A stretch of 64,000 nucleotides of DNA from Eledone cirrhosa (Eukaryota): positions 47,182,001-47,246,000 of the forward strand of contig OZ024753.1 of the NCBI GenBank assembly GCA_964016885.1. The letters are read 5' to 3'. The translations under genes and the position numbers were made by a program. This document shows positions 1-12,624 of this stretch, piece after piece. Below the pieces are notes generated by a model. That model did not search any database. It worked only from the letters and a program-made list of their open reading frames with translations, and was not told the origin of the DNA. Within the stretch, counting starts at the first letter, position 1. Every line of letters starts with the position of its first letter.

Positions 1-799
1 CGCCGGCAGCAAGGCAAATCGCGCATAAAATAACGCTTATATCGACAAAAAAAAAAAAAAAATTTCAATGTTGCACTCTTGTTTGTTGTTCTTTTATTTT
101 ACGTAAACATTTCGCTGCTCTAGCCTCTTATTTCCTATTAGATTACACTTAATTCCATTAAACATTCATTCTTAGTCTCGTGGTAAACTATTTCATCTAT
201 ATTTATATCGCTGTTACAGCCTTTTATTTCTACATCTATCACCTATAGCCACTGTTACGCCGGTAGTATAAGTAGCTTTATAACAAGAAACGATGATATA
301 ACTCCACAAAATGTCTTCTTGAGCAAGACACTTCACTTCATATTGCTCCAGTACACCGAGTTACACATAGACAGATACATACATACATACATACACAGAT
401 AGAAATGAGAGGTAGATAGAGTAAAAGATTTAAAGAGAGTGTGAGAAGTACGAGTTAGATAGTGTAAAAGATTTAAAGAGAGGGTGAGAGTGTGACACAC
501 ATTTATCTGTCTATCTCTCTCTATTTTAACACCGGTCGTTATAATTAGTTTTATAACACCGCTATATTACCGACATGAAAGAGGTAAATAATTATTTCTT
601 AAATGTTTAGAACATGTTTCTCTTGTCTTCTTAAATGTATAGAACATGTTTCTTATTTATATTCTTAACATAGCTAGGACCTTATCTCATTTACTGGTCT
701 CTACTTTTAGGACTTTGCTGGTCCCATGTGCCCTCCATGAAGACACACTCGCCCCTTCTCTCTCAGTCTCCGTACTAATTACTACACATACGTATATAT

Positions 800-2975
800 A
801 TTTATTTTAAGAAACCTTAATGACAAATAATATAAAGTGTTTGTAAAGTGGGGAAGAGTAGTTTTACGGTGGGGTTGTTATATAGATATCGTTTTTGCAG
901 TGGGGTCGTGACTGGCGTATAATAATGAGTCACTGTTGATGTATATACAAATCATGTTTTGGATATAAGTGAAGTTATTTAAGAGATTTAGTTGTTTTGT
1001 ATACATTCATAACGGTACGCGATGGGACCCACCCACAGCCCCGGCGGACAGAATGGAGAAGGCGTTTCCCCGGAGCACGGCAAGGGAGACGCGCTGGAAA
1101 AGCCACTCCAACTCGCGGGGCTCACACCTGCGGCTGGCCAGCTCAGCGCCTATGGTGGTGAGTAAGGAGGTAGCCCTGGGGCCGAGGACACCAGAAGTCT
1201 CCACTTCCAGGGGTACGACCGCAAACCTGTCGGAGAGTGAACGATATGTGAGGAGTTTGGCCCCCTCAGCCTGACGTGCAGCAGAACCTGGGCCAGTCGC
1301 AGACTGCACCAGGTTGCGGCTGCAGAAAGTGTCGGTGCAAGTGGCATCCCAGACGAGGGGTTTGCCACCGCGGAACGGGAAGATGGTCATGCCATCTAGC
1401 CTTTTGCCGTCCCCTCGAGCTGGGAAGGGAAGCCTGCAGCGTCCAAGGCATGCTTAATGACTTCGTTGAGGGCAGCATGGCGTGGATTGCGGGTGGAGGC
1501 CGAAAGAGTCCATGGTGGAACGGCAGCGACATTGGTGTGAGGCCGAGCCTCAGGGAAACGCCGATGCGCAAGCTATTGTTGTCTAGCTGCGTGCGAGTGG
1601 AGAAGGAGGGCAGGGCATGGAGCCAGGCCCCACTGTGGGGTTTGGAGGCTGCACGAAAACAAACAAGGCGGTGCTGGTCGAGCTGGCACGTGAGCCTGTC
1701 TGAGGCCAGGCTGCACTGGATGGCATCCCAAGTGTGTTGGGGGGGACTTGACGTCAACAGGGGGAGAAGGAGGAGGAACGTCTACTGGGCTAAGTCCCAG
1801 CCGGTGCCACGTCTCACAGGCGGCCAGGCGTTCTCTGAACACAGAGGGTTCTGTTGTGTTTTGAAGAACCCTGCTGAAGAGGACGTGGTACGAGGTTACC
1901 GACGAAAGATATGCCGGCAAAGCTAGTGAGATCGGGGACTGGAGGCGAAGGCCGCCATACCTGACAGGTAAAGTTGCATATCTCATCGGCTGCTGCTCGG
2001 ATACAAGTTTAGGTGTAGCACAGAGTGTATAGAGGAGCTTCGGCATGGCGTAGCAGTTCCTCAGCAGAAAGAGAACTGGGTGGCCATCAATCAAGCCCAG
2101 TCGGCTCGTGAGAGTCTGGACTTGATGGAGGAGCGGATGGCCGGCGGGTGGATCGGTGAGGGCATCCTCTTTGGGGGGTCACCTGAACCTGGCGGAGAAT
2201 GGACCGCACGTCCAAGACGGAGACTGCAAGGCTTGCAGCATCGAGGCTGACATTCACCACCTCCGACTTGGCTGAGTTGACCTGGAGGTCGATTCCCGCC
2301 AGGGCAGGAACCACCGATTGAAGGTCATGGCAGACCGCCTGTACGGGCCCACCCAAAGTAGCATCATCCAGATACCAAACGTTGAGAGGGGCCGTTATAC
2401 TCCAGGCGATGTGGTCAATACCAAGGGTGAACAGGAGGGGTCCCAAAGGGTTGCCCTGTTGGATCCCAGTAGCCAAGGGTATGACCGTATCAGCAGCATG
2501 GCGCATGCTTGGGGCTCCATATGACAGGTAGGCAGAGGGGGCTCGGCTGAGGCAGGCCTCGAGCAGATGATCCCAGCGTAAAGAGTTGAAGGCATTCCTC
2601 ATGTCAAACTTGACAATGAGGTGGCTGGAGGCCCTGGATGCCGGTTCCGAGTGTTACGGACTTGCAGATTACCTTGGCAGCCAGCCTCCGGAAGACATTG
2701 CCCACAGCAATGGGGCGTATGCCATCCTCTTTCTTCCTGAGAGCGGTGAGGCTGGCCGAAAAAAAGAGGCCTCGAGCATAAGAGTCCAGGGCGCCATGGA
2801 TGAGCCTATTGGTGAGCGCCACAATTGCACTCAGAAGGCGGCGCCCGGCCTCAGCGGAGAGGGGAGATATCAACTCCTTGAGGAGGCCTGGTCAGAGACC
2901 ATCAACATCTCCGCAGCTGCTAGCTGGGAAGGACCTGATGGCGGACATGATGTCTGCATCAGAAGCCACAAGGAG
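800..2975 (-). mobile_element. 5'-truncated, frameshifted CRE-clade-like non-LTR retrotransposon (RT + restriction-like endonuclease), copy 1
   Basis: Fragmented ORFs carry GIRPIAVGNVFRRLAAK, NAFNS, GIQQGNPLGPLLF, YLDD, LPVRYGGL, SGAWLHALP and an RLE tail KPLVWDATCTDT...AEGAK...VPLEVETSG...QRVSLAVLRGNA. The 3' UTR ends in AATAAA+(TA)n near 795-805. Clade assigned by motif recall. Confidence 0.85.
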
Positions 2976-3074
2976 CAAGTGTGGATTACAATACAAAACC
3001 TCTGAGAATGATTTCTAAGATATTTCACCATAATTAATTTTCATCAATATATATTAATATTATTATTGTTTATT

Positions 3075-3345
3075 AGGTCAGGTGGATTGGCCAGAACAAT
3101 TCTACTCTTCTTTTTTAGATGTCACGATTTTTCATGGCATTCCTGAGATCATTAATCTCCAGCTGGAGATCCAGAGACATCTGATGTATGTAGGTGAACC
3201 TCAGTCATCCCACTTGGCTCTTACTATGTTTAGGTATCCACCACAGGAGCCAGCTCATCAGGTCATCCTACCCTCAGCAGCAATGTCCAGCATCTATTGA
3301 TTTCCGCTCCCTAGTTATTGTGGTAATCTTCGATATCTGGGAATA
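3075..3345 (-). mobile_element. RTE-group LINE C-terminal fragment (also in units 2 and 3)
   Basis: Manual translation KITTITRERKSIDAGHCC*G*DDLMSWLLWWIPKHSK...TYIHQMSLD...DLRNAMKNRDI, with stops, resembles the RTE C-terminus. Confidence 0.6.
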
Positions 3346-3427
3346 TATTTCTTCTGCTTAAGGGAGTAATAAATATATAGTTTTAAAAAAAACATATATA
3401 TACACACACATATATATATGTTGTCAT

Positions 3428-3812
3428 TTATAAGAGTTCTCTATCAAAAGCCTTCTCTATGTCCAAAGCTAAGTATAGTGGCTTATTTTTCTCTAAGAAC
3501 CTCTTTTGTAGTTGTCTCACTAAGAAGAGGGCATCTGTTGCACTTTTCAGCGGCACAAAACCAAACTGCATCTCATACACATACATACATATACATACAT
3601 ACATACATACATATACACATACATACATACATCATCATCATCATCATCATCATCATTTCGTTTTAAGTCCGCCTTTTCCCTGCTTGTAAGGGTGGGACGG
3701 GAACTGATTCTGGCTTGATTTCTACAGCTGGATGCCCTTCCTAACACCAACCTCATTTACAGTGAGTGCTGAGTGCTTTTTTGCCGTGGCACCTCCACGA
3801 CCACTTTGCAGT
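3428..3812 (-). mobile_element. RTE LINE RT fragment and RTE 3' UTR with (GAT)n tail (also in units 2 and 3)
   Basis: EMQFGFVPLKSATDALFLVRQLQ...DIEKAFDR at 3428-3577. The 3' UTR (GGAAGGGCATCCAGCTGTAGAAA...AAAAGGCGGAC...GATGATGAT on the minus strand) lies at 3630-3812. Confidence 0.85.
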
Positions 3813-3842
3813 GGAATGATATGGACCCCAGTCCCTATCATC

Positions 3843-3984
3843 TCATTTCTACAGCTGAGTAAACTGGAGCAATGTGAAATAAAGTGTCTTGCTCAAGGAA
3901 ACAACACATCACCCGGTCTGAGAATTGAACTCACAACTTTTCGATTGCCAGGCCAATGCTCGAACCACTAAGCCATGTGCCTCC
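3843..3984 (-). mobile_element. tRNA-derived SINE with CORE-like body (also in units 2 and 3; a plus-strand body fragment lies at ~312-360 and its equivalents)
   Basis: Minus strand reads GGAGGCACATGGCTTAGTGG (A box)...GAGTTCAATTC (B box)...TTCCTTGAGCAAGACACTTTATTTCACATTGCTCCAG. Confidence 0.75.
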
Positions 3985-4483
3985 ATATACATATACATAT
4001 ACATACACATATACATACATATATATATACATACATACATATATACACATACATACATACACATACATACACATATACATACATATACATACATAGATAT
4101 ATATATATACATAATATAAATATACATACATACACATACATAAGCATATACACATAAGTATATATACATATACACACGTATATATACATATACATACATA
4201 CATATATACACATACATACATATATACATACATACACACATATATACATATACACATACATACATATACATACATATACACATACATACATATATATATA
4301 TACATACACACACATATATACATACACACACATATATACATACACACACATATATACAAACACATACATATACACATATATACACATACATACACATACA
4401 TATACATACATATACACATATACACTCATATATACATATACATACATACACACACATACATACATATATACATATACATACAT
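3985..4483. repeat. Complex (TA/CA/TACA)n microsatellite, length-variable between units
   Basis: Seen directly; it generates the spurious Y/I/H/T and C/V/Y/M ORFs. Confidence 0.97.
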
Positions 4484-4489
4484 AAAGAC

Positions 4490-5035
4490 AAATCCACCTC
4501 ATGGACGAGAATGCAAGGGCTCCTCTTTGTTTCGGCCGCGGATGGCTAACCCTAACCCCATCCCCGCTCCCCACCGCTCCCAACCTCCAAACGCAATCCA
4601 AAACTTCAGAGTTGGTACCATTAATGTAGGCACCTTATAGGGTGGCTCTAACGAGGTTGTAGAAATGCTTGAACGTAAGGAGGTCGATGTTTGTTGTATT
4701 CAAGAGACCAGGTGGAGGGGTGGGTCTGCTAGATTCATCGTGGGTAAAGAACGATGCTATAAGCTTTTCTGTGTGGCAAATGACAATGGGCTGGGTATAC
4801 ACATACCTCCCCACCACCCCACCGCAAAGTGGTCGTGGAGGCGCCGCGGCAAAAAAGCACCCAGCCCACACTGTAAAGCTGACGTGGAGGTGCCACGGAA
4901 AAAAAAAAGCACCCAGCACTCACTGCAAACGGGGTTGGCGTCAGGAAGGGCACCCAGCTGTAGAAACCAATCCAGAATCAGCTCCCACCCCACCCTTGCA
5001 AGCATGGAAAAGCGGACGTATGATGAAGTTGATAT
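4490..5035 (+). mobile_element. Internally deleted RTE LINE: endonuclease N-terminus joined to 3' UTR (also in units 2 and 3)
   Basis: FRVGTINVGT...EMLERKEVDVCCIQETRWRG (APE endonuclease start), followed from ~4810 by the 3' UTR ending GAAAAGCGGACGTATGATGA. Confidence 0.85.
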
Positions 5036-5084
<49 letters not shown>

Positions 5085-5584
5085 TATATATATACACATA
5101 TATATATACACACATATATATCAGTGTACATATATATATAAATGAATATTTATTCAATTTAAAGCGCCAATTATCTATATATAACAAGATATGAATTTTT
5201 CTAGGGATGGGGAAATTTTCAGTTTGTTTTTATATTTTCACTTCATTTTTTACTTTCTATTTAATACAGTCTTTGATCCAATATAATCCTGACAGTATTT
5301 GAACCAGTTTACCTCATATATATGTATGCACACACAACACTCAAGTTTCGCCATCTACTGCTATTTCATTCATATTTATTGTTTAATTAACTCTGGTCTA
5401 ATTCATCAACTATTGTTAATTATATTATTACGTAGATTTCTTATAAAATCTAGTGCATATATACGTGTATATATACAGGGAGACACTGTAATAGATGTAA
5501 AGAGAGTGGGAGATAGAGTTATAGAAGTAAAGAGAGGGGGAGAAATAAGCGGTAGATAGAGTAATAGATGTAAAGAGAGGGTTA

Positions 5585-5761
5585 GAACGTTCAACTTGAC
5601 AGTCAGTACAATGTTCAGCATGGTAGCCAGTACATATGCCAACTACCCAACCGGCCAGCCAGCCGCATATGCGGTTGACTGGCCAGTTGGGCGGTTGGTA
5701 TGTGGAACGTTCAACTACGCAGTCAGTACCAAAGTTCAACATTGTAGCAGGTGCATATGCC
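5585..5761. repeat. ~56-bp imperfect direct repeats flanking and overlapping a 72-nt imperfect palindrome (5633-5704); copies at ~11497-11673 and ~17383-17559
   Basis: GAACGTTCAACT...CAGTCAGTAC...CATATGCC at 5585 and 5705. Hairpin centred on CCGCATATGCGG with 35-nt arms. Confidence 0.9.
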
Positions 5762-5807
5762 GATCGCCGCGCCCTCTTTGCTCTATTTTAATGACCTGGA
5801 ACTAAGT

Positions 5808-5917
5808 AAAAAGAGTAGGAGATAACTCGACAAGAGCGGAGAGGGTGAGATTCGAACCATGTAAAGTCGTTGGCTCCTGAAGTTCGTAAGCGGGGCTGCT
5901 ACTGACTGAGCAGCGCC
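5808..5917 (-). ncRNA. tRNA-like Pol III element (SINE head or small RNA), unit 1
   Basis: Minus strand GGCGCTGCTCAGTCAGTAGCAGC (A-box-like, 6-bp stem), then GGTTCGAATC (B box), CACCCTCTCCG and a TTTTT terminator. The cloverleaf does not close. Confidence 0.55.
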
Positions 5918-6712
5918 GGCAGCAAGGCAAATCGCGCATAAAATAACGCTTATATCGACAAAAAAAAAAAAAAAATTTCAATGTTGCACTCTTGTTTGTT
6001 GTTCTTTTATTTTACGTAAACATTTCGCTGCTCTAGCCTCTTATTTCCTATTAGATTACACTTAATTCCATTAAACATTCATTCTTAGTCTCGTGGTAAA
6101 CTATTTCATCTATATTTATATCGCTGTTACAGCCTTTTATTTCTACATCTATCACCTATAGCCACTGTTACGCCGGTAGTATAAGTAGCTTTATAACAAG
6201 AAACGATGATATAACTCCACAAAATGTCTTCTTGAGCAAGACACTTCACTTCATATTGCTCCAGTACACCGAGTTACACATAGACAGATACATACATACA
6301 TACATACACAGATAGAAATGAGAGGTAGATAGAGTAAAAGATTTAAAGAGAGTGTGAGAAGTACGAGTTAGATAGTGTAAAAGATTTAAAGAGAGGGTGA
6401 GAGTGTGACACACATTTATCTGTCTATCTCTCTCTATTTTAACACCGGTCGTTATAATTAGTTTTATAACACCGCTATATTACCGACATGAAAGAGGTAA
6501 ATAATTATTTCTTAAATGTTTAGAACATGTTTCTCTTGTCTTCTTAAATGTATAGAACATGTTTCTTATTTATATTCTTAACATAGCTAGGACCTTATCT
6601 CATTTACTGGTCTCTACTTTTAGGACTTTGCTGGTCCCATGTGCCCTCCATGAAGACACACTCGCCCCTTCTCTCTCAGTCTCCGTACTAATTACTACAC
6701 ATACGTATATAT

Positions 6713-8888
6713 ATTTATTTTAAGAAACCTTAATGACAAATAATATAAAGTGTTTGTAAAGTGGGGAAGAGTAGTTTTACGGTGGGGTTGTTATATAGAT
6801 ATCGTTTTTGCAGTGGGGTCGTGACTGGCGTATAATAATGAGTCACTGTTGATGTATATACAAATCATGTTTTGGATATAAGTGAAGTTATTTAAGAGAT
6901 TTAGTTGTTTTGTATACATTCATAACGGTACGCGATGGGACCCACCCACAGCCCCGGCGGACAGAATGGAGAAGGCGTTTCCCCGGAGCACGGCAAGGGA
7001 GACGCGCTGGAAAAGCCACTCCAACTCGCGGGGCTCACACCTGCGGCTGGCCAGCTCAGCACCTATGGTGGTGAGTAAGGAGGTAGCCCTGGGGCCGAGG
7101 ACACCAGAAGTCTCCACTTCCAGGGGTACGACCGCAAACCTGTCGGAGAGTGAACGATATGTGAGGAGTTTGGCCCCCTCAGCCTGACGTGCAGCAGAAC
7201 CTGGGCCAGTCGCAGACTGCACCAGGTTGCGGCTGCAGAAAGTGTCGGTGCAAGTGGCATCCCAGACGAGGGGTTTGCCACCGCGGAACGGGAAGATGGT
7301 CATGCCATCTAGCCTTTTGCCGTCCCCTCGAGCTGGGAAGGGAAGCCTGCAGCGTCCAAGGCATGCTTAATGACTTCGTTGAGGGCAGCATGGCGTGGAT
7401 TGCGGGTGGAGGCCGAAAGAGTCCATGGTGGAACGGCAGCGACATTGGTGTGAGGCCGAGCCTCAGGGAAACGCCGATGCGCAAGCTATTGTTGTCTAGC
7501 TGCGTGCGAGTGGAGAAGGAGGGCAGGGCATGGAGCCAGGCCCCACTGTGGGGTTTGGAGGCTGCACGAAAACAAACAAGGCGGTGCTGGTCGAGCTGGC
7601 ACGTGAGCCTGTCTGAGGCCAGGCTGCACTGGATGGCATCCCAAGTGTGTTGGGGGGGACTTGACGTCAACAGGGGGAGAAGGAGGAGGAACGTCTACTG
7701 GGCTAAGTCCCAGCCGGTGCCACGTCTCACAGGCGGCCAGGCGTTCTCTGAACACAGAGGGTTCTGTTGTGTTTTGAAGAACCCTGCTGAAGAGGACGTG
7801 GTACGAGGTTACCGACGAAAGATATGCCGGCAAAGCTAGTGAGATCGGGGACTGGAGGCGAAGGCCGCCATACCTGACAGGTAAAGTTGCATATCTCATC
7901 GGCTGCTGCTCGGATACAAGTTTAGGTGTAGCACAGAGTGTATAGAGGAGCTTCGGCATGGCGTAGCAGTTCCTCAGCAGAAAGAGAACTGGGTGGCCAT
8001 CAATCAAGCCCAGTCGGCTCGTGAGAGTCTGGACTTGATGGAGGAGCGGATGGCCGGCGGGTGGATCGGTGAGGGCATCCTCTTTGGGGGGTCACCTGAA
8101 CCTGGCGGAGAATGGACCGCACGTCCAAGACGGAGACTGCAAGGCTTGCAGCATCGAGGCTGACATTCACCACCTCCGACTTGGCTGAGTTGACCTGGAG
8201 GTCGATTCCCGCCAGGGCAGGAACCACCGATTGAAGGTCATGGCAGACCGCCTGTACGGGCCCACCCAAAGTAGCATCATCCAGATACCAAACGTTGAGA
8301 GGGGCCGTTATACTCCAGGCGATGTGGTCAATACCAAGGGTGAACAGGAGGGGTCCCAAAGGGTTGCCCTGTTGGATCCCAGTAGCCAAGGGTATGACCG
8401 TATCAGCAGCATGGCGCATGCTTGGGGCTCCATATGACAGGTAGGCAGAGGGGGCTCGGCTGAGGCAGGCCTCGAGCAGATGATCCCAGCGTAAAGAGTT
8501 GAAGGCATTCCTCATGTCAAACTTGACAATGAGGTGGCTGGAGGCCCTGGATGCCGGTTCCGAGTGTTACGGACTTGCAGATTACCTTGGCAGCCAGCCT
8601 CCGGAAGACATTGCCCACAGCAATGGGGCGTATGCCATCCTCTTTCTTCCTGAGAGCGGTGAGGCTGGCCGAAAAAAAGAGGCCTCGAGCATAAGAGTCC
8701 AGGGCGCCATGGATGAGCCTATTGGTGAGCGCCACAATTGCACTCAGAAGGCGGCGCCCGGCCTCAGCGGAGAGGGGAGATATCAACTCCTTGAGGAGGC
8801 CTGGTCAGAGACCATCAACATCTCCGCAGCTGCTAGCTGGGAAGGACCTGATGGCGGACATGATGTCTGCATCAGAAGCCACAAGGAG
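6713..8888 (-). mobile_element. CRE-like non-LTR retrotransposon remnant, copy 2
   Basis: Same ORF fragments as copy 1, offset +5913. Confidence 0.85.
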
Positions 8889-10937
8889 CAAGTGTGGATT
8901 ACAATACAAAACCTCTGAGAATGATTTCTAAGATATTTCACCATAATTAATTTTCATCAATATATATTAATATTATTATTGTTTATTAGGTCAGGTGGAT
9001 TGGCCAGAACAATTCTACTCTTCTTTTTTAGATGTCACGATTTTTCATGGCATTCCTGAGATCATTAATCTCCAGCTGGAGATCCAGAGACATCTGATGT
9101 ATGTAGGTGAACCTCAGTCATCCCACTTGGCTCTTACTATGTTTAGGTATCCACCACAGGAGCCAGCTCATCAGGTCATCCTACCCTCAGCAGCAATGTC
9201 CAGCATCTATTGATTTCCGCTCCCTAGTTATTGTGGTAATCTTCGATATCTGGGAATATATTTCTTCTGCTTAAGGGAGTAATAAATATATAGTTTTAAA
9301 AAAAACATATATATACACACACATATATATATGTTGTCATTTATAAGAGTTCTCTATCAAAAGCCTTCTCTATGTCCAAAGCTAAGTATAGTGGCTTATT
9401 TTTCTCTAAGAACCTCTTTTGTAGTTGTCTCACTAAGAAGAGGGCATCTGTTGCACTTTTCAGCGGCACAAAACCAAACTGCATCTCATACACATACATA
9501 CATATACATACATACATACATACATATACACATACATACATACATCATCATCATCATCATCATCATCATTTCGTTTTAAGTCCGCCTTTTCCCTGCTTGT
9601 AAGGGTGGGACGGGAACTGATTCTGGCTTGATTTCTACAGCTGGATGCCCTTCCTAACACCAACCTCATTTACAGTGAGTGCTGAGTGCTTTTTTGCCGT
9701 GGCACCTCCACGACCACTTTGCAGTGGAATGATATGGACCCCAGTCCCTATCATCTCATTTCTACAGCTGAGTAAACTGGAGCAATGTGAAATAAAGTGT
9801 CTTGCTCAAGGAAACAACACATCACCCGGTGTGAGAATTGAACTCACAACTTTTCGATTGCCAGGCCAATGCTCGAACCACTAAGCCATGTGCCTCCATA
9901 TACATATACATATACATATACATACACATATACATACATATATATATACATACATACATATATACACATACATACATACACATACATACACATATACATA
10001 CATATACATACATAGATATATATATATACATAATATAAATATACATACATACACATACATAAGCATATACACATAAGTATATATACATATACACACGTAT
10101 ATATACATATACATACATACATATATACACATACATACATATATACATACATACACACATATATACATATACACATACATACATATACATACATATACAC
10201 ATACATACATATATATATATACATACACACACATATACATACACACACATATATACAAACACATACATATACACATATATACACATACATACACATACAT
10301 ATACATACATATACACATATACACTCATATATACATATACATACATACACACACATACATACATATATACATATACATACATAAAGACAAATCCACCTCA
10401 TGGACGAGAATGCAAGGGCTCCTCCTCTTTGTTTCGGCCGCGGATGGCTAACCCTAACCCCATCCCCGCTCCCCACCGCTCCCAACCTCCAAACGCAATC
10501 CAAAACTTCAGAGTTGGTACCATTAATGTAGGCACCTTATAGGGTGGCTCTAACGAGGTTGTAGAAATGCTTGAACGTAAGGAGGTCGATGTTTGTTGTA
10601 TTCAAGAGACCAGGTGGAGGGGTGGGTCTGCTAGATTCATCGTGGGTAAAGAACGATGCTATAAGCTTTTCTGTGTGGCAAATGACAATGGGCTGGGTAT
10701 ACACATACCACCCCACCACCCCACCGCAAAGTGGTCGTGGAGGCGCCGCGGCAAAAAAGCACCCAGCCCACACTGTAAAGCTGACGTGGAGGTGCCACGG
10801 AAAAAAAAAAGCACCCAGCACTCACTGCAAACGGGGTTGGCGTCAGGAAGGGCACCCAGCTGTAGAAACCAATCCAGAATCAGCTCCCACCCCACCCTTG
10901 CAAGCATGGAAAAGCGGACGTATGATGAAGTTGATAT

Positions 10938-10996
<59 letters not shown>

Positions 10997-11719
10997 TATA
11001 TATATACACATATATATATACACACATATATATCAGTGTACATATATATATAAATGAATATTTATTCAATTTAAAGCGCCAATTATCTATATATAACAAG
11101 ATATGAATTTTTCTAGGGATGGGGAAATTTTCAGTTTGTTTTTATATTTTCACTTCATTTTTTACTTTCTATTTAATACAGTCTTTGATCCAATATAATC
11201 CTGACAGTATTTGAACCAGTTTACCTCATATATATGTATGCACACACAACACTCAAGTTTCGCCATCTACTGCTATTTCATTCATATTTATTGTTTAATT
11301 AACTCTGGTCTAATTCATCAACTATTGTTAATTATATTATTACGTAGATTTCTTATAAAATCTAGTGCATATATACGTGTATATATACAGGGAGACACTG
11401 TAATAGATGTAAAGAGAGTGGGAGATAGAGTTATAGAAGTAAAGAGAGGGGGAGAAATAAGCGGTAGATAGAGTAATAGATGTAAAGAGAGGGTTAGAAC
11501 GTTCAACTTGACAGTCAGTACAATGTTCAGCATGGTAGCCAGTACATATGCCAACTACCCAACCGGCCAGCCAGCCGCATATGCGGTTGACTGGCCAGTT
11601 GGGCGGTTGGTATGTGGAACGTTCAACTACGCAGTCAGTACCAAAGTTCAACATTGTAGCCAGTGCATATGCCGATCGCCGCGCCCTCTTTGCTCTATTT
11701 TAATGACCTGGAACTAAGT

Positions 11720-11829
11720 AAAAAGAGTAGGAGATAACTCGACAAGAGCGGAGAGGGTGAGATTCGAACCATGTAAAGTCGTTGGCTCCTGAAGTTCGTA
11801 AGCGGGGCTGCTACTGACTGAGCAGCGCC
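11720..11829 (-). ncRNA. tRNA-like Pol III element, unit 2
   Basis: Identical copy of 5808-5917. Confidence 0.55.
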
Positions 11830-12624
11830 GGCAGCAAGGCAAATCGCGCATAAAATAACGCTTATATCGACAAAAAAAAAAAAAAAATTTCAATGTTGCA
11901 CTCTTGTTTGTTGTTCTTTTATTTTACGTAAACATTTCGCTGCTCTAGCCTCTTATTTCCTATTAGATTACACTTAATTCCATTAAACATTCATTCTTAG
12001 TCTCGTGGTAAACTATTTCATCTATATTTATATCGCTGTTACAGCCTTTTATTTCTACATCTATCACCTATAGCCACTGTTACGCCGGTAGTATAAGTAG
12101 CTTTATAACAAGAAACGATGATATAACTCCACAAAATGTCTTCTTGAGCAAGACACTTCACTTCATATTGCTCCAGTACACCGAGTTACACATAGACAGA
12201 TACATACATACATACATACACAGATAGAAATGAGAGGTAGATAGAGTAAAAGATTTAAAGAGAGTGTGAGAAGTACGAGTTAGATAGTGTAAAAGATTTA
12301 AAGAGAGGGTGAGAGTGTGACACACATTTATCTGTCTATCTCTCTCTATTTTAACACCGGTCGTTATAATTAGTTTTATAACACCGCTATATTACCGACA
12401 TGAAAGAGGTAAATAATTATTTCTTAAATGTTTAGAACATGTTTCTCTTGTCTTCTTAAATGTATAGAACATGTTTCTTATTTATATTCTTAACATAGCT
12501 AGGACCTTATCTCATTTACTGGTCTCTACTTTTAGGACTTTGCTGGTCCCATGTGCCCTCCATGAAGACACACTCGCCCCTTCTCTCTCAGTCTCCGTAC
12601 TAATTACTACACATACGTATATAT

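Noticed and set aside
969-3018. Plus-strand ORFs of 101-216 aa
   Set aside because: Antisense shadows of the GC-rich CRE coding strand.
3240-3265. CTGATGA hammerhead core on the minus strand
   Set aside because: Lies within RTE coding sequence; no stem II or GAAA.
3909-4601. Long C/V/Y/M- or Y/I/H/T-rich ORFs (up to 230 aa, repeated in each unit)
   Set aside because: Translations of (TA/CA)n microsatellite; frames differ between units.
5585-5761. CRISPR-like repeat-spacer-repeat
   Set aside because: Only two imperfect 56-bp repeats, eukaryotic context, no cas genes.
5837-5917. Functional tRNA (Ser-like 3' end; Sec considered because of the 6-bp D-like stem and a TCA)
   Set aside because: Acceptor, anticodon and T stems do not pair; kept only as a tRNA-like element.
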